Assembly (NCBI GenBank): GCA_937625935.1
Contig: OW569391.1
Location: 124,001-188,000 of the forward strand
Reading direction: 5' to 3'
DNA: 64,000 nucleotides
Source: Tetramitus jugosus
Lineage: Eukaryota > Protista > Heterolobosea
The position numbers and the translations under genes were made by a program. The number at the start of each line of letters is the position of its first letter. Positions within the stretch are counted from its first letter, which is position 1. The notes under the pieces were generated by a model that saw only the letters and a program-made list of their open reading frames with translations, was not told where the DNA came from and ran no database searches. Positions 56,978 through 64,000 of the stretch are shown here, piece after piece.

Positions 56978-57570
56978 GACTACTATTTGCTTTTTCTTTT
57001 TATGGTGTTATTGTAAGTTGGTTGTTATTGGTTCGTTTTGTTATTATTGTACAGTTGGGAATATAGTACAAAAATCTCTCTCTGTGTGTATTGAAGGTTG
57101 TTGTATAATGTGACACAAAATGGTTGTTGTTTGTTTGTGTGGTGGGGTTGCAGGTATGAAATTGTGTTGTTCTTCTGTTTCTTTGAACAAAAAAATTTTT
57201 CTTGTTCCAGAGGAATTCGAATGATCTTGGCAGATTTGTGGTTGGAGCCACGCGTCTCCTTTCGCACCTGGAGGTCTATTTTTTGCATCCAAGATTCTTC
57301 TATTTTGGATTGGGTAATGAATGAATACAACCACAGAGCTCTACCAATTTCAAAGTGATCACATCCATCATAAGTGACTCACTTTCAAATGGTCCATGAT
57401 GCTTGGCAGTTAGGTCCAGCCGCTGAATGTTACAATTTGGCGCCAAATTCCCTCTACGGAAAAAAAATCCACTTTTTCAGAATGAGCCAAATAAATTCGC
57501 TTCCCTCAGTCTCTCTTCCATATTCTGTAAGAAGGTTTCTTAACACCGATGATAAAGATTGAAATCCAAA

Positions 57571-59865
57571 ATGAGTCAGACATTTTTTCCCACGACATAT
57601 CTTACACCTATTGCAGAATCGATCAAACCTGTCCACTCACTGCATCCCAAAGTTGTAATGGTGGAATATTGAGGGAATGATCCTCTTACTACTTTCCACA
57701 ATCTCTTGAACACACACATTAGAGACGAAGTTACAAGTTCGATTGTCAAAAATGACCCTACGAAGATATTGTCGAAACAATTTTGAGAACTCAACAGCGT
57801 GCAATGTAATCTGGAGGCCTACTTGCCTACCGATATCCAATTCATCTCAGACGATGAATTGTTATCAAAGTGGAGTGTGTTGGTCTTATATTCAGAGGCT
57901 TTAATAGGGCCGTCAGAATTTTCTTTTCAACATGGATTCTAGAAAGAGAATTGAATGCAAAAGATATTACATTGGATGGATTTATTCATCAAGGAACTCG
58001 ATGTTTTTTGTATGAGTCCTGTAGTTGACCCAAAAACTCCGGCTGTCGGGTCACACAGTCATTGTCAGAGTACACATAAACAAACTCGCAAAGAAACACT
58101 TCAATAAGAAAGGCAAGTGCACCGTAGCAAAGCACAATCGCCATCCTAGGTTTCTCTCACCAAGAACCAATTATTGTATGTATGGCAGTCATGCAAAGAT
58201 ACAGTGCAAGACAAGTACACCAAAGACTACCTACGGAAAAGCGCCAAGAAATTAGAGAGAAAATTACATCATCATCAGTATTGCCTAAACAGATTTACGA
58301 TTGCTATCTGAATGATGTTGATATAACAAAGCTTGATGATGAAGTTGGAAAATTGATAAATGTTCCCTCTCTTAAAGCAATACAAAATGTTAAGAAATCG
58401 GTAGATAATAGCCATGAACAATATGAACTAATGATTTCTGAGATGATTAAGCAACACAAGGGTGATAGAAAATTTATGAGAGGAATTAATCTCGGACCTG
58501 ATTCAATATTATTCTCTGTTCGGAATGATGACTCAAACTTGAAAAAGAGAGAGTAACGGTTGAATACGATACGACATTTGAGTTGGGAGACCCTTACTTC
58601 AGCTATATCACCCTACCTAATATTTTTACTACCAATCATCCCAATTTTTATGGACCAGCCATCATTCATACAACCAAAACAGGTTTATGCCACTCACAAT
58701 TCTTCTTGGCTCTCAAAAGTCTGAACGCTAAAATTTTTTCAATTGGTACTGACCAAGAGCAAGCAATTTGTTCTTCCATAACATCAGAGTTCCCACATGC
58801 ATTGCATTTGGTATGTTGGAGACATTTTCAAGATAATATCCAAAGAAAACTAAAAGAATTGAAGGTCGATAACGAAAAGATAGAGTCAGTTGTAACTTTG
58901 TTATTAGGAAGGGGTGATGATAAAGGAATTTTAGAGTGCTCTACAAAGCAGGAATTGACCACAGCCTGGCCTAAATTTGAGGTCATTCAGAACCACATGC
59001 TTCACACCAGAAAATTGGTGAAGGTGTCATTGGCAGAAGAGTTGGAGGATGAATCAAACTGCGAAGAAGAATCCAATTTAACTGTTCAAATGGCTCTGAC
59101 TGATGATTTTAAACAAGAATTGAAGAATGAAACAAAAATGAATTCTGTGATCATTGAGCGCGTACGCCAAACAGCAAATTTTGTCAAATCACAGTGAAAC
59201 TGTAGAAATTGGTTCTTCAAAATCCAAAAGTTCTTGGATGGTTCCAGACTTGAATGGTGATCACTCAAGACAAGTCATTGAAAAGGACTATGCACTCAAA
59301 TGTCTTGGTGTTAATTGTAAAGATTGGAAGTTATGTGGTGATGTGGTTGCTGTCGCCTTCAAGTATGATAAGATGAGCAAAATCAAAGCAATGTTTCGAA
59401 AGCGAAGAAATATGATGCAAGTATTACATGGTACTCCTTCAACTTGCACTGTTGATCATGTTAAGTCAGGGAAGAAGAAAGGTTCAAAAAAGAAAAAACA
59501 GAACGAACTACCTTCCAGAAAAAGAACAAGAAGTGATGGATGAATTCCTTGAAACAAAGAAAAAAACAAATGAAGTGGAGAATAATCAAGTTGAAGGTGT
59601 TGAGGAAAATGAAGGAAATATACAGAAATTACGGAGATCAAAAAGAAACAGAAAAGCTACAATACATCGTTATCGTGATTATGTTGAAAATGGGATGGTA
59701 GCAAAACCTCATCACAGAAGATGAATTAGATGATCAAGAATGTGATGTCTGCGGTAATGTTGGAATGTTAGTTATTTGTGATGGATGTGGTAAAGGATAT
59801 CATGGACGATGTCATACCTCGGATTGATTCTGTTCCTGAAGGATTGGTTTTGTCAAAAATGTTAA
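57571..59865 (+). pseudogene. Decayed Mutator-like (MULE) transposase with SWIM-like and PHD fingers
   Basis: YDTTFEL, GTDQEQAI..EFPHALHLVCWRH, CxxxxC..LC SWIM-like segment, CDVC..CDGC..YHGRC..WFCQKC; several stops and frameshifts; left boundary approximate. Confidence 0.75.
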
Positions 59866-61095
59866 TAAAAAAATCAACGTTCATCAATTCCAACATGGAA
59901 TTCCATCCCGTTGATTAGGATCACCCATATTGAGTGCCGCCCCTTTGTCCAGTCTATCGAAGTAGAGACTAAGTCAGGAAGGCCTCAAACAAAAGAACAA
60001 GAAAGTGTAGTTCGAGACTACTCCAATGTCACCTTTGGTCCAAGCAAGATGGTTTCCAATTCCAAGGTTATTCATTGGGCAGATGAGTCATTCCACGAAT
60101 GACTCTGATCCCAGGGTTAGAAAGATCTCGGTGGTGGGTTCCGAGGAGTAATTTGTTTGTGGGTATGAAGTACTTGGTGAACCTGAATCGGTTATGCTCG
60201 GGTCAACAGTGTCTTGACCCGTCGACAAAATTGTAGATGTCGAAAAGTTCAACAATTATGCTGATGCAAGGAGTTTTATTCATGAAATATCGTCCTCTGC
60301 TGGTTCTACTGTCACCACCATCACAGGCGTTTCAACTCCAGTATCGACTGATGATGTTTCGACTGCTCTTGTCTCTGATTCTACGATCCTTAAAGCGACG
60401 GACAGTGGTTCTAATGAACAATCAATCCTCCTACAGTGACTGTCGATCACATCAAGTACATCAAAGGTGAATGTAATTGTATTGGATTGTCGGTCCTTTC
60501 AACCAGAGAGTACAATTCTTTGAAAGGATCCTCTTCACGTTTGTCTGAATTTGAAAGGCAGGTCTGTAAGAACCAATAAAAGTTCTATCGACTCTTGACT
60601 TCTCTGTGATCGGAAGATCTGTTGATCTTCTACAACGAAAAGAGGTACACTCTAACAAAGTCACAAGACCAACAGTTGAATTTGAATCAACTAGCAAAGG
60701 CGGTCACTCTAGGCAAGTCGACGCTCCTTGGGAGGAGGAGAGACGTCTGGTTCTTGGTTGATCTAACTTGAATCAAATGACCTCTTAGCCCAGAGCTGCT
60801 TTGGACCAGATTCTTGTTGCGCACTGTTCAGATGTGATTTGATTTCATCCATCTTCTTACCTCGAAGACAAGAAACGTGCTCTCTTGCACATGGATAAAT
60901 GGCATCACCATGGATTGCGACAGCTTCTTTCTGTCCCATGACTGGTACGCTGGCAGACAGTATGCGTACTTTTGAAAATCAATGCCATCTGCAAAGTTGA
61001 CTGTAATATTGCAACGGCAAAAGTTATTTGACTGATTTTTATTCGGGAATTGACATCCTTCTTGAATCTCATGACTCCACAATACGACAGTAAGT

Positions 61096-63891
61096 TTAGA
61101 CCGAGATCTTGACGCTGTCTTTGTTGTTGAGGAAAACATTATACTTAATGACAGCTGCTTCCTCTCCAATAGCTTCCTGTTCTATTTCTAACGTCGATGA
61201 CGTTAGTATTCTGCAATTCTGACCTCGATAGACTTGGACTGCAATGTTTGCCAAGTTTCCAACAAATCCATTGTCAAGGAACTTTGCCACCGTGGAGTTA
61301 TAGCAAACCAGAACGCCAGCTCCTAAACTATTCTCAACACTATTCAAACTTATCTCAACAGCTTGACTATGATGACCGATGAGTATAGCTGGAGAGTCAC
61401 AATCCATGTGAAACGCAATCTTGTTACCCCTTAGTTCACTCTTCGTCTTGGCTCTCTCGAGTATCAGGCAACTTCCATTCTTCTGACTCTGAATTTCATT
61501 GAAAAAAATCTTACTCTGACAGTTGACTGTTTTGACACCATACAATTCATTGTGTGTCAATGTATTGTTTTCAATCACACCACAACAATCCATCATGAGT
61601 ATGACTCCTCCAGCATTTTGACAGAATTCATTGAGCTTCAATGAAAAAGAAGTCTTTGCTCCACATATACCGACCGCAGGGCACTCCTTAAAGTTTTCTA
61701 AAATTGAATTCTGGGTTACTTCAGCATGTGAATCAGAGATACATAATGACATTGTGTTGGAGCGGATGGTGTTTCCTTGCAGTTTAATTCGTCCCATATT
61801 GCCCACATATATCGCGACTTGTTCATGAAGGTAAAGAGTGTTACTTTCCATTGTTACATTAGAACAATTGATAACTACTCCCTTTTTGTTGCTATGTATA
61901 GTGTTATCTGTAAGTATTGCTCTAGAGTTGGCAATGTAAAGAGCATTGAAATTTCCATTAATTGTGTTTGATTTCACAACAATGTTGGTATCCTCGCATA
62001 TGTATAGTGCAATACCTTGTCCCTTAAGGTGATTAGATAGAGTGTTCTCACTGATAATTCCCCCAGATTTTGCGTAAACACCGATACCATTTGTTGAGTT
62101 GTTATGAACCCTATTACCTACAATATGAGCAGTGGAGGACACGAGAGAGATGGCATCCTCTGCTTGATGAGAGCCACTATCAACCTCGAATACTTTGCGA
62201 TTCCCACATATTTCATTTTTCTTGATAATAGGAGTACCATTTGAGCAATTAGTCATACAAATTCGTCCCTCTACAACACAGTTCTGAATAATAACATCGC
62301 AATCTATTATTTCCAAGATGAAGGGATGTTGAAGTTTTGAGATAAAACGAATTCCAGAGAACACGATACCCAATTGAGAGATGACAATTTTGTCGCCACG
62401 AACGATCGTTTGATTTTCGACACCACAGAACCGTATATTAGGACGAAGTACATGATAATTGTCACAAATTGGAAAAACACCTTCAGATAAATAGATCGTC
62501 ACGCTCTTTGCTTTCACATAATAATTCACAACTTGTAATGCATCTTCCAAGCAATGGAAAGTATTCTCAGCTTTTTCTTTGTACCCTATCATGTCCATCA
62601 AGAAAGTTCGCTTCTTCGGAGTCACATACAAGACAACATCATCCGTTGTTTCGTAGATAATAGGAGATGAAGAGTAAGTTGTTCCTCCAGGTGTTGAAGG
62701 TTCTCGAGGAGAACTGAGATAATATCCTATCTTTGGAGATGAAGACAGCTTACTCCCCCTTGGTGATGTTACGGAAACTTCCTTACAGGGCTGGATATCT
62801 CTCTTTTTCCCTACACTAATTGTCAGTCTCGGCGATCTTACTCGTGCTCCCTCATTCTCGGGTGTTCTGATTTCTTGGGAGTGAATCACTTGGTAGCAAA
62901 TCTTTTTGATTTGGTTCGCTGTGGGCCTTCTCTCTGCATGAAGGCTTAGCATCTTCGTTACTACAACAACTAATGTTTGATGATACGATTGTCGAGTGTT
63001 CTGGATCTCCTTAGCGAGTTGATCAAAAGTCCTCTTTTCACCACAACCATTTAACTCCCAAGCTATGTTTCGAGTCATACACAATGTCATCATCATGTAC
63101 GCAATACAGCCTAGAGAGAATATATCAACCTTAAAACCATACTTCTCCCTCATGTACATTTCTGGTGCCATCGTGTTTAAACTACCCACAAAAGAATGTC
63201 TCTTACTAACACTCTCTATTGTCTTGCTCAATCCGAAATCACCAATGACAACTTTAAGAGTCGATTCTGCTGTTGCCACAAAAATATTGGGCGGTTTCAA
63301 ATCTCTATGGGCCATCTTTTGAGAGTGAATGTATGATAGAGCATCACTAATATCGTATAGCACTTGGTATATTTGCTCCTGAGAAAAGAATCTCTTCTGG
63401 AAACGATACTGCGAGATGAGAATTGATAAATCGCCTAAAGTGTAAAGATCCATCGTGAAATAGAGGATATATTCTTCCTTCTCCTCCGAGATGTGCTCAT
63501 AGATATCATGAACTTTAACAACAGAAGGATGATCCAATTTCAAGCAGTTTTCTACCTCTCTTTTCGCTTGTCGCATTTCTTCCATGTCTTGGGCACAGAC
63601 TCGCTTCAATGCAAAATCAGTGTTGGTTTCTTCATGAACCACATGATACACATTGCCCTGAGCTCCATTTCCGAGCTTTCGTTTGACTGCGAATTGCTTG
63701 ACCAGCTCTTCATTTTGATAAACCAAGATTAATGGTCCCTGGAAATGAACGCTAGCCGTATAACTGGCAGGTTCAGGCTGATACTGAGAGGAAGAAACGG
63801 CGACAAGGCCGTTACTAGGTAGATGTAACGTTTTATTGTACATTCGCATTTTTTTGTTGGCAAAGCTTTTGTGTTGTTCACTGACCTTCAT
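61096..63891 (-). CDS. NEK-like Ser/Thr kinase fused to a parallel beta-helix (PbH1/CASH-like) domain
   Basis: LGNGAQG, FALK, HRDLKPPN, DFG, APE; C-terminal repeats such as I.GNRVHNN..GI, I.ENTL, NTIHSN. Confidence 0.85.
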   Translation of the reverse strand: MKVSEQHKSFANKKMRMYNKTLHLPSNGLVAVSSSQYQPEPASYTASVHFQGPLILVYQNEELVKQFAVKRKLGNGAQGNVYHVVHEETNTDFALKRVCAQDMEEMRQAKREVENCLKLDHPSVVKVHDIYEHISEEKEEYILYFTMDLYTLGDLSILISQYRFQKRFFSQEQIYQVLYDISDALSYIHSQKMAHRDLKPPNIFVATAESTLKVVIGDFGLSKTIESVSKRHSFVGSLNTMAPEMYMREKYGFKVDIFSLGCIAYMMMTLCMTRNIAWELNGCGEKRTFDQLAKEIQNTRQSYHQTLVVVVTKMLSLHAERRPTANQIKKICYQVIHSQEIRTPENEGARVRSPRLTISVGKKRDIQPCKEVSVTSPRGSKLSSSPKIGYYLSSPREPSTPGGTTYSSSPIIYETTDDVVLYVTPKKRTFLMDMIGYKEKAENTFHCLEDALQVVNYYVKAKSVTIYLSEGVFPICDNYHVLRPNIRFCGVENQTIVRGDKIVISQLGIVFSGIRFISKLQHPFILEIIDCDVIIQNCVVEGRICMTNCSNGTPIIKKNEICGNRKVFEVDSGSHQAEDAISLVSSTAHIVGNRVHNNSTNGIGVYAKSGGIISENTLSNHLKGQGIALYICEDTNIVVKSNTINGNFNALYIANSRAILTDNTIHSNKKGVVINCSNVTMESNTLYLHEQVAIYVGNMGRIKLQGNTIRSNTMSLCISDSHAEVTQNSILENFKECPAVGICGAKTSFSLKLNEFCQNAGGVILMMDCCGVIENNTLTHNELYGVKTVNCQSKIFFNEIQSQKNGSCLILERAKTKSELRGNKIAFHMDCDSPAILIGHHSQAVEISLNSVENSLGAGVLVCYNSTVAKFLDNGFVGNLANIAVQVYRGQNCRILTSSTLEIEQEAIGEEAAVIKYNVFLNNKDSVKISV

Positions 63892-64000
63892 GGTGAAGTA
63901 CTACTGGACACTTGACACACCGATCAAAACCAAAAAACAAAATTACTCGTCTTTTGTTTGATCAAGAACATTGGAGGATTCATCCTGTGGCGATCGTTCA

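Noticed and set aside
57385-60060. Terminal inverted repeats for the MULE remnant (CCATGATGCTTGG versus CCAAGCAAGATGG)
   Set aside because: Only an 11/13 match that does not extend, and no TSD found

Overview
Gene-dense (~40% GC) nuclear DNA from a microbial eukaryote. It has short GTA(T/A)GT..CTAAC..AG introns, ~100-bp intergenic spacers and poly-Q/N tracts. A heterolobosean-like protist is my inference, not proven. The window holds about 30 housekeeping or signalling genes (including GMD, Vps39/Vps3-like, eIF2B-beta, VPS4, VPS37, SCAPER, ALKBH8 and NOP9), one tRNA-Pro(TGG) and a tandem trio of F-box/22-aa-LRR genes. The main finding is a compact, apparently intact Fanzor1 (eukaryotic TnpB-like RNA-guided nuclease) element at ~2804-5368. 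It sits immediately after the GMD stop codon and encodes no transposase. It ends in a predicted pseudoknotted omega-RNA and is bracketed by a 13-bp direct repeat (TTAA+GTGTTGCGT), from which the empty site, guide and a candidate TAM can be read directly. Other notable signals are an ornithine decarboxylase antizyme needing a +1 frameshift at UUU-UAG, an F-box/pseudo-GTPase-CaaX fusion, an RRM-encoding repeat-flanked element with terminal hairpins, a decayed MULE transposase with a PHD finger, a TSPOON-like TSET subunit and a GC-AG intron. All family calls come from motif recognition by eye; no searches were run.
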